This document shows positions 1 to 13,796 of a stretch of 64,000 nt of DNA, in pieces. The notes under the pieces were generated by a model, which worked only from the letters and a program-made list of their open reading frames with translations, did not search any database and was not told the origin of the DNA. Source of the DNA: Tubulanus polymorphus (taxonomy: Eukaryota > Animalia > Nemertea); NCBI RefSeq assembly GCF_964204645.1, contig NC_134031.1:11596088-11660087 (forward strand), read 5' to 3'. The number at the start of each line of letters is the position of its first letter. Position 1 is the first letter of the stretch. A program made the position numbers and the translations under genes.

Positions 1-2580
1 CACTTAAGATTTGCGGTGATATGTGACAACATGAACACACTGAGAAACTAGTGGAAAATTCTATTCTCACGCTATAGTTTGGGGTATAGTTGTATTTTGA
101 GTGACTCAGTTAAGCTCTGAAGATAGTCTAACCACTAAAAATCGAGATTGGAAAAATCGAAATTAGTTTACAAATTGTCATTGGTTATGGAGTTTTACGA
201 TGAATCGAAATTTCCTTCTTTTTATGGCGATATTAGTTAAATGAAGAATTCGATTTCAACAAATGCAGCTATTTTCAAGCATGTCAGCATTCATATTTTG
301 ATTTAATTTTTAGATTAGAAGCGTAATCATAAATTCAGGCTAACCTCTCATTATTGAAATGGTGGTTTATTTTCAACGGGGGTCTGGATGTCTTTGCATC
401 ATAAATTAAGATGTGCATTTTGGAGTCTTCGAACCTCCCATGATTTTATATTAATTTCGCTGAATCGTTGATTTAAAAAAATAAAATATGCTGTATCTAT
501 AATGGATTTATGTGGATCTATCAATGCATTCTAAAGACATCTTCCGAACTGAGGCCGAATTTGATAGAAATAAGAAATTTCGTATAGTATTCAAGATTTC
601 ATTTGGATAACGGTAACGGCCTTTGGTGATCTTCACCGTGGGGTCATGAAGGAAGAAATACCGTAATAGAACTCCTAATATGATAACATGTGTTGAGATG
701 AAACCGCAACGTTTTGACTGTTGACTAACAGCCATCATCAGGTGGAATGTAGACATTCCAGTGATTTGAGCTTTAAGTCAGATGGCAGTCACTGAAAATC
801 CGAACGTTGTTGTGGTTTAATTTTGATAATTAAATGTCATCGTATAAAATTTTATTGCGGAATTTCTTCATTTATCGGATTAGTGTTCTATTCGACTACT
901 TCGGGTCATGTAGTCGTTTAGATTATTTACTTGTCGCCACGGAAGGTATATGCAACCGTGTCAGTCGCTACGGGAGAGATTCTCTGTATATCGGCATCTT
1001 AAATCGGCACCTTTGTTAGTCCTAGCCTGCATTCACTTCCAATTTAACGTATTGGTAACGTTATTCTTACTATGAATGCACTTCTGTCGTAGAATATGGT
1101 GCCACTGATATAAAAGTAGTTTTTATTTTACGATAATTTGAGAAAATGAGTTATATTGGAAAAAAACTGATAAAGTACCTTAAAATTCAGCGATTCATTG
1201 GCATTTTATTTCATTGGCATCTTCAAATAGAGTTTTGAGGTGCTAAGTTAAATACTATTATAAGGTTATTATTTTTGGTGGTCAGTGCAGTTTGTTTATT
1301 CGTTCATCAATCACTGTCTAGTTAGCCAGTGTAATTCACCTGTTGACTGATAGCTGCTGCTGGGCTTTTGATAACCTATACAAACAATTTACTCAACAAA
1401 GTGGGAAAGCATGTGAAACTGAAATTTCAGCCTTGCATTCTTTTACTTAGACCAGAAGAGTTATTTTTTATCAAATTGGAATTATAATAACTGATTTCAA
1501 AACTACGTGAACACTCAACTGAATTCATTTCAGTATTTATTCAATCAATAATGATAATTGTTAGGCTCATTCTCACTAGCATACGCTCAGTAAGTAATGG
1601 GTATTAGATTATAATATAATGCACTATTATTTTGATCTTATATTAGAAGTTGTAATATCATTTCAACCAAACTGTATAACTATGAAATGAAATTTCGGTT
1701 AAGGTATATCAATTCTAACAAGCGATAAAAAGGTTCAATATTCATAAACGAACAAGCAGAGAACAGCGTGACAAAGTGAACATCACATGGATTACTTAAA
1801 ATTGATTGTATCGAAATAAACAATAATTGTAGGTTAATTGTAGGTTAATTCTAAGTATTTTAGATACATTTTTTGGGAAAATTTGTTGTAGTCTTTCATC
1901 CAAGTAAAGAGATCTAAAGACATAATCCATTTCATGAACATATGATTTTATTTGTATTTTCGTCTCTCATATATCCTTGAGGACAAATTCATTTCTACAG
2001 AATCAAAGATTTATGACAGTATGAATGCACCAGCATGTTTTATAATCGCAAATATAAAACAAAAATCATAAAATTCCAAATTAGATCTGGCACAACACTT
2101 GTTTTAACGGATTTAATCCATAATGATGTTATATAAATCAATAGTTTTCCTATTGGTTATTCCCATTTTGTTGAGCGTGATATAATTTAGGGGATTCTTA
2201 GCAACTCAGAAACTAGGATTTCTATTGACAGAACTGTATTCAAATCATACAGAGTTCTGTATACAAAGCATATGGGGTTTAACAGTACCTTTGACCCTGT
2301 CACGTATCACTGCAAATCTTTAACAGATTACCGTGCCATCTCAAAATGGTCATTTTTCACTAGTTGACTTTTAGAAACGATGTGTTTTGAGAGTAGCTAT
2401 TGTTGTAGGAGTTACTATCACTAAGTCGCTGTTTACAATCGGTTGGTTACAGTCACATCTACTGCCAGTGTGCACTATCAAAATGCTAGCACACTAGCAC
2501 ATCAGATGTTTTACAACAGTCACTTTTCAGCAGTAGACTCTTTCAAACAGCTTCTATGGAAAACCAACTGAATTGAAAGG
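1..2580 (+). mobile_element. Partial copy of a long-TIR non-autonomous DNA transposon (same family as 16673-19951)
   Basis: Colinear with about 17100-19800. Most of the left TIR lies outside the window. The right TIR starts at about 2298 (tgtcacgtatcactgcaaatc) and is truncated at about 2580. Confidence 0.8.
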
Positions 2581-3319
2581 TAGACTATTTCGGCGTCAGT
2601 TTATTTGTTATTTGTGATAACATCCAGCAGTCAAATGATTTCATTTCAATCGTTGCCTCAACTTACAATCGTCACGATTTTTTAAATATTTTTCTGTCAT
2701 ATCTGAAACTCGGTTCCCCAGGGCGAATCCCTATTAAAGCCGTAAGACCACATCGAAGTACCGATGACGTAAGCCGAAAGCCGTTACCGCTCTCCGCAAA
2801 ATAGATTCGTTACCGTAATCCAACTGAATTTTTATAGAATATATGTAACGAAATTTATCAATGAATCGGTCAAATGAAACATTTTCTTTAGAATATGTAA
2901 AATGTGCATGGATTCAGCGTAAATTCAAATCAGCGAAATTAATATAATAATCAACGATTCAGTGATCCAGCGAAGTTCGAACACCCCCAAAACAATGCAC
3001 ATCTGACTCCAATTCTATATAAATTGTCATCCGATTCTAGAAACGTTTTCGTATCAATCATGGCAATTGCGCAATTATAAGGCTTTCACTTAAACTTCTT
3101 TTAAACCCTTAATTTGGAATGTGTACGATGTACATTCCTAACTGTTCAAGTCATTCCTCAATGATAGGAGACGTTTGACTGAAACACTTTTGGATTCCTC
3201 GTTAGTCGAAACTACAAATCAACCGACTGATATCGGACCAACAATAACTTCAAAAACTGATCAAGTTAACTGACTGATCTTAATCTTAGATTAGTGTATA
3301 CTGCAAATATAATGCAGTA

Positions 3320-3420
3320 AACCGACCTAGGTTACAATATTGTAGCCTCGGTCAGTGTATGCAGATAAATCCGCGCGAGTCAACCGACCTAGGTTACAAT
3401 ATTGTAGCCTCGGTCAGTGT
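3320..3420. repeat. Two direct 39-bp repeats with an internal palindrome
   Basis: aaccgacctaggttacaatattgtagcctcggtcagtgt at 3320-3358 and 3382-3420. Confidence 0.9.
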
Positions 3421-3580
3421 TCCACTGATGAATCATACATTTGCCTCAACCTAGTCTGCCAGGTTACTTATTGCTTTGTCTTTATCATGGCCCAATCATA
3501 ACGGTATTTCTTTTTTCAGCTTTACAACTGATTCCACGAATTTAATAATTCCATTTTCGAATAATAATGTGTTTAGAAAT

Positions 3581-3900
3581 ATTTCCTGAACAAGCACACC
3601 GAGAAATTAAGGTTATGCAAGAATTAGCTGGTGAAATTGCTAATATTAAGATAAGATTTTCTAGAATAACCATGTTAGAAAAAGAATTAACTGATGCAAA
3701 TGAAGAATTAAAACAATTAGAATTAAACAAAGATCTTCAAGCAATTGATGAAGCTGATTATGAAAGCAGAAAGTCATCTTTAGAAAAGAAATTGATGATT
3801 TAAAATATAACAAAGAATTACTGGAAAAAGAAAGAGATATATTATTGAAATCATATGATCTTAATCATATTGAAAAATTAAAAGTTATTTTTAAAGAATT
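3581..3900 (+). pseudogene. Internal fragment of the 524-aa coiled-coil/membrane viral gene
   Basis: FPEQAHREIKVMQELAGEIANIKIRFSRITMLEKEL matches about 7803-8120 and the 31918-33492 ORF. Confidence 0.85.
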
Positions 3901-4057
3901 AAAATATAAAAGTATTTTTCATTTTTTACTCACTCGCCCCTTCAACCTTTAAACTGAACCCCTATTATCCCTATTACTCTTAAAATATACATATATATGA
4001 ATAACATATAGATGAATAACTTCTAAAATCAATTTTGATGAAAAATTTAGTATTAAA

Positions 4058-4756
4058 ATGGAAGCAAATAAGAAGTACTACTGTCCAACATGTAAAATCA
4101 ATATAGATAAATCCCAAAAAGCAAGAAACAATAAAACTAGAACACATTTAGAAAATAAATTAAAGTTAAAATATAAAGATGATATATTAGAAACTAAATT
4201 AGATGAATTAAAGAATGAAAAAGAAACATACAAATGTGATACATGTAATCAATCATTCAGTGATAAAAGATATTATAAAGAACATTTAAAATCTAAAAGT
4301 CATATTAGAAATATGAATAATGATATTTTAGGTGAAGATTATTTTGAAAATGACAATGATAAGAAACAGCAGACAATAAAAAGAATAAAAAATAAATTAA
4401 ACAATAAAAGACCATACTTTGAAGATGTAAGAAGTTATATTAATTCATTAGATAATAAAAAAGAAATAGAGATAACCGAAACATTTAAAAGTGATATTGG
4501 TCCAGCAGGTATCGAGTTTAAATTTCATAAAGGTAAAACATTAGAAGAAAATAAAAAACATTTAGAAAATATGAAAAATATTATAAAAATAATTACAGAT
4601 GTTGAATACCCTAAAATTAGCATATCAGTTAAAGTAAAGTTTATAAAATCTGAAAATAAACCAATATATAATATAAATTCCCATTCACATCATATTATTT
4701 CAAAACAACATAAAGATGAAAAATTAGATAAATGTAATAATTCTTTTACTAAATAA
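4058..4756 (+). pseudogene. C2H2 zinc-finger protein, probably the truncated N-terminus of the viral pPolB
   Basis: Two C2H2-like fingers (CPTC...H; CDTC...HLKSKSH). The segment KISISVKVKFIK...INSHSHHII resembles the Polinton PolB N-terminal region. The ORF ends at a junction with sequence that normally precedes the MASAV gene (compare 34956-34976). Confidence 0.55.
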
Positions 4757-5176
4757 ATGGCTTCAGCAGTTATAACTATAATAGGGTCAGCAATAGTTAA
4801 CGCTTTAAGATTTACTGGTGGTGGTTATTTATTTAAGCATATTGATAAAAATGGATCATTATCAGAACAAAAAGGCATAACTTAGCATTAGAAAAACAAA
4901 GCAGCAGAAGAATATAGAGAAAAGAGACAAAACTATATGGATTACATCAATAAAGAATTATATGATCAGAAGATTTCTCATAGAGATTTTCAATCAGTTG
5001 ATGATGCAATGAGTTTATATAACGCGGTAACCAATAAAGAAAAATTACATCTATACGAACCTAAATTATCAGATTATTATACCCCCCCAAGTAAAGAACA
5101 ACAGAAATATGAAATAATATGGATTTTAGGCGGAACTGTTATTGTTATATTTGTAGCATATAAATCTACTAATTAA
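4757..5176 (+). pseudogene. Small conserved Polinton-like virus protein (MASAV..., hydrophobic N-terminus, C-terminal TM), frameshifted
   Basis: MASAVITIIGSAIVNALRFTGGGYLF, then a 1-nt frameshift at about 4873 (EQKRHNLALEK), continuing into ORF 4937-5176. Confidence 0.7.
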
Positions 5177-5200
5177 TTATATATTATTTTCGCTAAATAA

Positions 5201-5662
5201 ATGGATGATAAAATTGATAATATTGATATTATTCCTCATGATATAAATAAAACTAAATTAAAAATATACTTAGAAAAACAAATATTAGAATTTGAAAGTG
5301 ACTTAAAGATAAAAAAGAAAAAATATTTAAAAAGTGAAATTATATATTATTTTATTATTAGTAGTTCAGTTACAATAAGTTCTGTAATAACATTTCTAGC
5401 TATATTCAGTCCATTAACTCCTTTAGCTATCTCAATTGGGGTGCTAGGGTTTTGTTCAAGTGTTTTAACTGGTATAAGTTCAAAATTAAATATAAAAAGA
5501 AATAAAGAAAAAATTGAATCTAATAAAAAAGAAACGAATAAATTAAAATATACATTAGATTATATAATAAATTTAAATGGTAATATAACAGTTGACGAAC
5601 AAGATAAATTATTAAAAGAATTAATAAATTATTATTTTTTTAATTATATAAATGGTAGATAG
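5201..5662 (+). CDS. Viral two-transmembrane / coiled-coil protein of unknown function
   Basis: Intact 153-aa ORF with two adjacent hydrophobic helices and a TAAATG start. Confidence 0.7.
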   Translation: MDDKIDNIDIIPHDINKTKLKIYLEKQILEFESDLKIKKKKYLKSEIIYYFIISSSVTISSVITFLAIFSPLTPLAISIGVLGFCSSVLTGISSKLNIKRNKEKIESNKKETNKLKYTLDYIINLNGNITVDEQDKLLKELINYYFFNYINGR

Positions 5663-6870
5663 TTTTCCAAAAGCTTTTCAATAAAATAAATCAATTAATT
5701 ATAATATTCCTGCAATAGATTTTAATAAAAATATTACATATAGAAATGAAGTTTTAAATTCATTAATTAATTTAGATATTTATGTTACTGAAAGTAATAA
5801 TTTTAATGTAAAGATGGAAAATATATTCAATGTTTACGTAATTAATTTTAAAAATTTAAATGAGGCAAAACAATGGTTATTAAAATCCAATATGAAATAT
5901 TGGCAGAACCAATTAAATTTTGCAGTTTATTGTGCAACAACAGGGCGTGGTATAAGTTGGAATGATCATTTAAATAAACCAAGTTTTGATGTTATCACTT
6001 TTTAGATTTCATACTTATTTTCAAATAAAATTAATATTAGATGAATTAGAATGCCCTTTACCAGGTTCAAAATATTTTAATGAACTAAATGATAATATTA
6101 ATTTTTCTAAGTTTTATAAAATATGTAAGGAATTTAATATTAATTCAAATAATGATTTTAGAGCAAAAATTGGTACAATGGGTGGATAAGGAATATTATA
6201 TACTGAAGAATTTGGAAAAATAATGACAAATACAGATATAAGAACACTAAATTGGAATGAATTACCAAAATATTATAATAATATACAACAACAAAATAAT
6301 AATGGTTGGATTAATTTCATTTTAGAAAATAGTGAAGGTTTTACTAAATCAGGTATACAAAGAATAAATCAATCTACTAGAACTTATTTAATTTGTATTC
6401 TAGGTGCGCAAGTTGAAACAAGATCACCAATAGTTGGAAATGATAACACTTCATTTGATGTGCAGAAACAATTCAAAGTATTATTTGAAGATTCCATTCA
6501 TAATGATAAAAATAGATCGATTCCAGAAAACATAGTTAGGTACCAAAATTATCTAGATAAATCACATATTAGATTAAATTATTGTATAGGCCCTAATCTA
6601 TTAATTATTTCTAATGATGTAGTATTAAAAATGGGAAATATAATTGGTCATAATAAATTAATTAAGACTGCAACAATAAAAAATTCATTTGGATTGAATG
6701 GTATAAATAAAAAGATAATTACTGCTCCAAAATTAATGGAAGGTGAAAACATTAAAAAAAACATATTCAATCAACAGAAACTAAAACTAAGAATATTAAA
6801 TTAAATCATGATTCTAAAATAAAAGATTACAATACTACAGAAAATATAAAAACTGATATCATTCAACATG
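5652..6870 (+). pseudogene. Conserved Polinton-like virus hypothetical gene (MVDSFPK... WQNQLNFA), broken
   Basis: Fragments 5814-6005, 5986-6189 and 6223-6804 align to 33510-34935 (-). Confidence 0.8.
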
Positions 6871-6888
6871 ATATTTTTTATTATATAA

Positions 6889-8409
6889 ATGGAAGAAGAT
6901 ATTCCAATGGATACTTTTGGTGACCCCCGGTATAAGTGATGAACCACAACCTGAATTTAATGAAACTAATATTGATAATAATGATGGATCAGCAAATAAT
7001 ACTAATTTAGGTGAAGATGATGATTATGATGGAATTAATGCCGAAGTACGTGAAAAATTAAATAAATATTTAGAAGCTCCTAAAAGTGTTAGAATTACAA
7101 CTATAACAGAAAGAAAAGAATTAATGAATCTACTAGAAAAACAACAAGAAGAATATCCTGATAAACCCATGGAATTATATAAAATGAAAACTAGAGTAAC
7201 AGATACAATTGTTAACGAATTATTACCAAAAGATGTAATAGATAAAGTTGATTCAGAAGAAATTGTAATGCAAATTTTAAAAGATGACCCATTTTTCATG
7301 AATAATTTAGAATTTAAAAATGATTCATGATATTATAATCTTGAATTAAATAGGAAAACTGTAACAATTCAATTATCTAGAATGGGACAAGAAAATATGT
7401 GTGAACCTGGAATGCGAGCAAGATCTACAATTGGACGTTCAAAAGGTGGTTTAGAATTTCTCAGAATTATATGGAATGTACTCAATAGAATAAATGAAAA
7501 AAAACCAATTCCGAATATTGATATTAACAATTATTCACCATTTAAAAATCCAAATCCAATGCAGATCGATTAGATAGATAAAGATCTTCAACACCAGAAA
7601 CATCGAGAAGAGATATTCAACAAATTGATAATTATTCAAGTCAATTACCATTAGTATTAGAAAAACAAATTGATAGATTAAGTGATACAGAAGAACTGAT
7701 GAATAGTATGTTAGATACATCTGGTACTGAAACTGGAATAAATCGAATACAATCTTTACTAGAAAAAGGATTACTTGATTTAACTGATGATGAATTAAAA
7801 GCATTTCCTGAACAAGCACGTAGAGAAATTAAGGGTATGCAAGAATCAGCTGGTGAAATTGCTAATATTATGATAAGATTTTCTAAAATAACTATGTTAG
7901 AAAAAGAATTAACTAATGCAAATGAAGAATTAAAACAATTAGAATTAAATAAAAATCCTCAAGTAATTGATGAAGTTGATAATGAATGCAGAAAGTTAGC
8001 TTTAGAAAAAGAAATAGATGATTTAAAATATAACAAAGAATTTCAGGAAAAAGAAAGAGATATATTATTGAAATCATATGATCTTAATCATATTAAAAAA
8101 TTGAAAGTTATCTTTAAAGATTTAATAATAAAACCAAATTCTGAAATATCATTAAAAAATAGAATAAAATTATTATTTAAGTTTGAAGGTATAACAATTC
8201 TTTCAATTCTAACAGCTGTAACTATGGTATTCACAACAATAGGTTTAGCAATATCAAATTCATTGAAATCTACACCTACTCCCAATAAACCGGATAAACC
8301 ACCAAATGATAATAATTCTATACAAGATAAAGTTAAGGATGGTTTAAAAAAATTAGCAAAATATTTATGGGAACTATCTAAAAATCTTCTGCAGCTTTAC
8401 CTATTATAA
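6889..8409 (+). pseudogene. Broken copy of the 524-aa coiled-coil/membrane viral gene
   Basis: Starts MEEDIP at 6889 and its fragments align to 31918-33492. It is truncated at about 8402, where it joins the zinc-finger gene; the MCP gene is deleted. Confidence 0.85.
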
Positions 8410-9170
8410 TATATCTGATAATAGTATAATAGATAATTTAATAAATAATGTTAATACAATTGAAACTAATGATACCATAGATAATATAACAGGTAATGTA
8501 ATTAATAATGTTAACCCAATTGAAACTAATTATAATGATATATAACAGATAATGAAATAATTGATGATTCTAAAAAACATTGTAACATTTGTAATTTAGA
8601 TATTTCTAAAAGTAATTTTTCTAAACATAAAAAATCTCAAGGGCATATAGAAAATGAAAGGGTGTTAGAAGAACATGAAAAGAAATTAGAAGAAATAGAA
8701 AGAAATAAAACGTGTCAATATTGTAATAAGAAAATTGAACCTGTTGATGAAAATACTCATTATAAATCAAAATTTTATCTAATTAATGTTTATAAATGGC
8801 GAGTATGATACCATTGTTAAATAACCCAAAGAAATTTATCAAATATTTTAATCCTAAAACTAAACAATATTATTTATTCTATAAGCTGTTATTTGATAAA
8901 TTATTAGTCTATGCAGAAGATAATCCTGAACAAATATATAAATGATTATATTCGAGAAAAATAGATCTAAGTTATCTAATAAAAAATTTTGGATATCATT
9001 TTGATTTTTATGATTTTGATGAATACTTTGAAAAATTAAGAAAAGAAGCTAATATACCTACTAATTATCGTTTAAAGATGACTCGACTAGAATTAATAAA
9101 TCTACCTAAGAATTATGGTGAATTAGATATAAACAGAGATGATTTTATGAATGTATTAGAAACAAAATAA
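8410..9170 (+). pseudogene. 3' part of a viral multi-C2H2 zinc-finger gene
   Basis: HCNICNLDISKSNFSKHKKSQGH and CQYCNKK...; colinear with 15720-16423. Confidence 0.75.
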
Positions 9171-9183
9171 GAATAATTATTTT

Positions 9184-9485
9184 AAAACTATTTATATATC
9201 TATATACTAGACGTACGTAAGAATCTTGGTAAGAATCCAAGAATCCAAGAATCAAAGAAATCCTACTTTATTACTCGTACGTCTAGTACATAGATATATA
9301 AATTAGTTTTCATAAAAAAAATAAAAAACATAAATTATTTATCTTAGTATAGAAATAGTTATAATATAATCTATTTTTATTTTTTATTAAGAGAAAACAT
9401 ATAATTTATGCATAGATATAAAAAAACAGTTTCAGAATAATTATTCTAAATATAAATTATAAATTATATATATATATACAGGGGT

Positions 9486-9581
<96 letters not shown>

Positions 9582-9785
9582 ACCCCTGTATAAAGATAAA
9601 TTATAAACATAAATTATAAAGATAGTTTTAATATATAATTTATTCATTATTATATATTTCATTTAATAATTTATATATCTATGTACTAGTACGAGTAAGA
9701 ATCCAAGAATTCTTACTTTCTTACTTGCTTGGCAAGATGCTTGGTTTCTTACTCGTACGTCTAGTACATAGATGTATAAATAGTT
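9184..9785. repeat. Two long hairpins plus a (TA)n tract between convergent viral gene arms
   Basis: Inverted arms tatatatctatRtactag(acg)tacg / cgtacgtctagtacatagatRtataaa at 9184-9310 and about 9669-9781; (TA)n at about 9490-9577. Confidence 0.9.
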
Positions 9786-9805
9786 TCTATAATATTTTTT
9801 AAATT

Positions 9806-10430
9806 TTATCTTAAAAATTTATATTCATAGGGAAATTCTAGTCTCAGAAATAATTTTGAACCTTTATTATTCTTTAATTTATTCATATATTCATCATGTA
9901 ATTCAATTTGGTTAGCTAAGGTATAATTTGATTTTCTTCCAATGATTGTTGCATAGATTTTCTATCTTTGTTATAAAATAAAACTAAAAATCTCATATTC
10001 TCCCTAAAATCTTTAACAACTGAATTATACTTTTGATTTAAAACCCATGTTGTTATCCCAAAATGTCTCCCAGAGAAAGCTAGATAGCATAACTCACTTT
10101 CTCTCACTTTTGAATCATGTAAATTTGCACAATCATCTATAATGAATAATGTATTTGAACCTTTATAAATATCAATTGCTATTTTAATACAATTATCTAA
10201 ATTTTCTTTTACTGTTTTAGGATCTAATGTAATAACCTTTTTTATCTTAACTATGTCCCTATTATATGTTTTATTCATTTCATAAGTGGGACAGAATAAT
10301 ATTATATTATCAAAATGATTCTTATAAATAGTTTCTAACAAATCTAATATGAAATGTGTTTTACCACAGTTGGTTACCCCAGTAACTAACATATTGTGCA
10401 GTTCAAATATAAATAGATCATATTATTCAT
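9806..10430 (-). pseudogene. A32/FtsK-like DNA packaging ATPase with premature stop
   Basis: Walker A GVTNCGKT, Walker B LFIIDD and a GRH motif; stop at 9916. Confidence 0.85.
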
Positions 10431-11485
10431 CTATTCTTTTAATTTTACTAGATAAAATCCATTCATTAAATTTATCATCATACCCTTTATATTTCACCAA
10501 AGAATACTTTTTTCCTTTAAGAGTTTTTGTTTTCAGTACTTTTTCTATTTTGTATTCTATTTCATCTGGGTTTGGAACAAGTGATAATTCTTGTTCATAG
10601 AAATAACCTAATATTTCTTCATCTTTTAAATCTTCTAATTTATAAACAAAAGGTTTAGTTAATATTATCTTTTTAATCTTGAATATTTCTTCAGTAAAAT
10701 TAGGGGTATAACCTTTATAAAAGGTTTTTCTATATTTAGATATTCTAACATGTTGCCCTGTTTTAAATTTAGGTTCTCCAAAATCATGTGTAACAAATGC
10801 TCCATATAAATTATTCCAAACTATTTCTAAATTATCTTCTTTTCTAGCTTGTATAGGTTTCATATTTATAGAACTATGTTTAGAATTATTATAACCTTTC
10901 ACTAAATCATCTAACATATTTATAGACTCATCGATATACTTATATGTTTCATTAGCAGTAAAATATTTCCACATTCTAGTTTTCAATGTTTTATCAAATC
11001 TTTCTATAATAGATGCTTTTTTATCTGAATATGTTGAAAAATACTCTACATCGTTATCAGATAATAGTTTTTAAAAATGTTTATTATAAAATTCCTTACC
11101 TTCATCAAATTGTATCTTACCTGGAATAGCTTCTTTAAATATATTCTTAAAAGCATTTGTAACTTCTATACCAGTTTAATTTTTGATTGGAATTGACCAT
11201 GCGTATCTACTGAATATATCTATAACATTTAAGTTCTTCATATCAATTAAATCAGCTTGCCATTGTTGATCAATATATGAAACCATTACTTTTCTTGTTA
11301 AATAATTTTATCCATTTTCTTATGGATTTGATATGTTGGTTGATTTTGTAACCATGATTTTAATTCACTATATTTTATATTTTCATTATCAGATTTAATT
11401 TTACCCCATAATTCCGAAACACTAGAATATGATACTTCACTCTCTGGGTTATATATAAATCTCTTAAATATTGTTCTTTTTTCAT
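10423..11485 (-). pseudogene. Polinton rve integrase with chromodomain, 5' half disrupted
   Basis: Near-identical to the intact copy at 28779-29882; stops and a deletion upstream of 10986. Confidence 0.9.
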
Positions 11486-11491
11486 CTTATT

Positions 11492-11851
11492 TTAATCCAT
11501 TAATAATAATTTAGATTTAGTTTCAATGATTTTTTCATTTGACTTATTTTCTGGTATAATAGGTTTATCATCGGAATCATTTTTGTTATTAAATTTAGAT
11601 TTATATATTACACCGGAGAATATAATTACTGTGATTAAACCAAAAGTAATATATAATTCATTATTACTTCAAGCATTAGAAGAATTAGATGGAATATCAT
11701 TCGAATCAATATCAGATAATTTCTGTGATTCATTTATATCAGTTAATTTCTTTTTCTTAGCTCTTTTTAACTCAGAAGATCTTTTTCCTAACTCCCTTGC
11801 CCATTTGATTTGTTTCTCAGATCTACGCTCCTTCTTAACATCATCACTCAT
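11492..11851 (-). pseudogene. Small basic/TM viral protein (MSDDV...), broken
   Basis: Homolog of 28374-28772. Confidence 0.8.
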
Positions 11852-11861
11852 TTATTTTAGT

Positions 11862-12419
11862 TTATTTTTGTTCTGATTCGATATTATCTGATTTACTTTT
11901 GTCTTTATATTCTATAGGTTTAATGTTAGAAAATGTTATAATTCCAGTAGAAATCAATGTCATTATTCCACCTAATTGAAATGAAGCGTATCCAACCCAT
12001 TTTTGTAATTCAGTCATAACTAAGTAGTCATTTTTTAAATCAACATATAATTTATTTTCATCATCAATTGGTATAATCCGTTTACATAATTTTGAATAAC
12101 ATTTGACAATACCATCAGAAATAGAATAATTTTTTCTAGCTAATCTTGACTCTTCATAAATCTTAAAATATTTTATTACTTTATCTGGTTTCATAGAGTC
12201 TATTTCTTGGAAACTTAAAATTTTCCCCAAGAAATCCTTAGATTTCCCTCCGGCAATTAGTAATTCAAGATGGTGCTTACAATATAGGTAGTATTCATAA
12301 TCAATATTACAATCAGTATTATTTTCCATTTTGGTTGGAATATCTTTATTATCACTAATGCCCAAATCATCTAAGTTTTTTTAAATATCAATACTATTCT
12401 TATTAGATTTCTTTGACAT
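11862..12419 (-). pseudogene. Viral hypothetical protein with C-terminal TM (MSKKS...)
   Basis: Homolog of 27781-28381; 5' frameshift, 167-aa ORF remains. Confidence 0.8.
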
Positions 12420-12665
12420 TTATATTAGAGAAAAAAGCGAAAAAAATATTATAAGTATTATAGAATGATACTAGTATCTCTTTAGGTTAATACTAAATTG
12501 ACTAGGTTAGTAAAAGTTAAAGAATTGTTATTCAAACCTATTCAAAATCTATTTAATCTAGTGTTAAAAAGAATTGCAAAAGAAAATATTAAATATTAAA
12601 ATAGAAATAATGGCTAGTTAAAGATGTGTCATTTTTATTAAATTTTATTTGAATTATATTATTCT

Positions 12666-13664
12666 TTAACCGCTAAATAAAGATTCAATATATTGTTCAT
12701 TATTTGAATCATTATTCCATTGATCAATAAATTTCTTTGCCTTTGTTAACTGTTCTAAATATAACTGTAAATCTAGTTTGTCATGTTTACTCATATTTTC
12801 CTTCTTTTCAATAGGTCTTAAATTCTTCCAATTCCAAATTTATTTCTTGTTGTATTCATCATTCATGCCAAATTTAGAAATAGGCAACACATGATCAAAA
12901 TGCAAATTATTGCCATAATTATTTTTATTCATTTTATCATCGAATTGATATATAATCCATGATTTAAGAAATTTATCTGAACAATCCAATAAATGTGCTA
13001 GTGCAACTGAATGGTTTTCTTTACTGAATAATTTTGATACTTCAGATCTCAAACATTTTTTCATTTTAAAATTAAAATCTGTTCGACATCTTTCTTTATG
13101 ATAATTATTAATATGTTCTCGATTATCCTTTGCCCATTCTCTCATATATTCTGTTATATAATCTGGATGATTTTCTCTCCATTGTTTATTATAAGCTTTG
13201 AATTTTTCAATGTTATCCATACAATATTCTGTTGAATAATCTGGATTATTTTTATGAACTTTTTTACAATTTTGTTTATTACAAGTTTTGCAATAATAAC
13301 TTTTACCATCTTTAGAATTTTTATCTTTATTAAATTCTGCTAATGATTCATTCAATTCACATTTTGAACATGTCTTCTGATATATATTAACAACACCATT
13401 ATTGTTTATATTTCTAATATGACTTTTAGATTTTAAATGTTCTGTATAATATCTTTTATCACTGAATGATTGATTACATATATCACATTTGTATGTTTCT
13501 TTTTCATTCTTTAATTCATCTAATTTAGTTTCTAATATATCATCTTTATATTTGAACTTTAATTTATTTTCTAAATGTGTTCTAGTTTTATTGTGTCTTG
13601 CTTTTTGGGATTTATCTATATTGATTTTACATGTTGGAGAGTAGTACTTCTTATTTGCTTCCAT
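12666..13664 (-). pseudogene. In-frame fusion of the zinc-finger (PolB N-terminal) gene to the HNH endonuclease
   Basis: About the first 86 aa match 4058-4320 and the rest matches HNH 26864-27532 (CSKC...CKTC, HFDHVLP). The frame breaks at 12840. Confidence 0.8.
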
Positions 13665-13796
13665 TTTAATATCAAGTTTTTTATTAAAATTGATTTTAGA
13701 AGTTATTCATTTATATGTTATTCACATATATGAATATTTTAAGAGTAATAGGGATAATAGGGGTTCAGGTTAAAGGTTGAAGGGGCGAGTGAGTAA

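Noticed and set aside
4025-4040. Mimivirus early promoter AAAATTGA upstream of the putative polB
   Set aside because: Present only on the opposite strand (tcaatttt) and expected by chance in AT-rich DNA.
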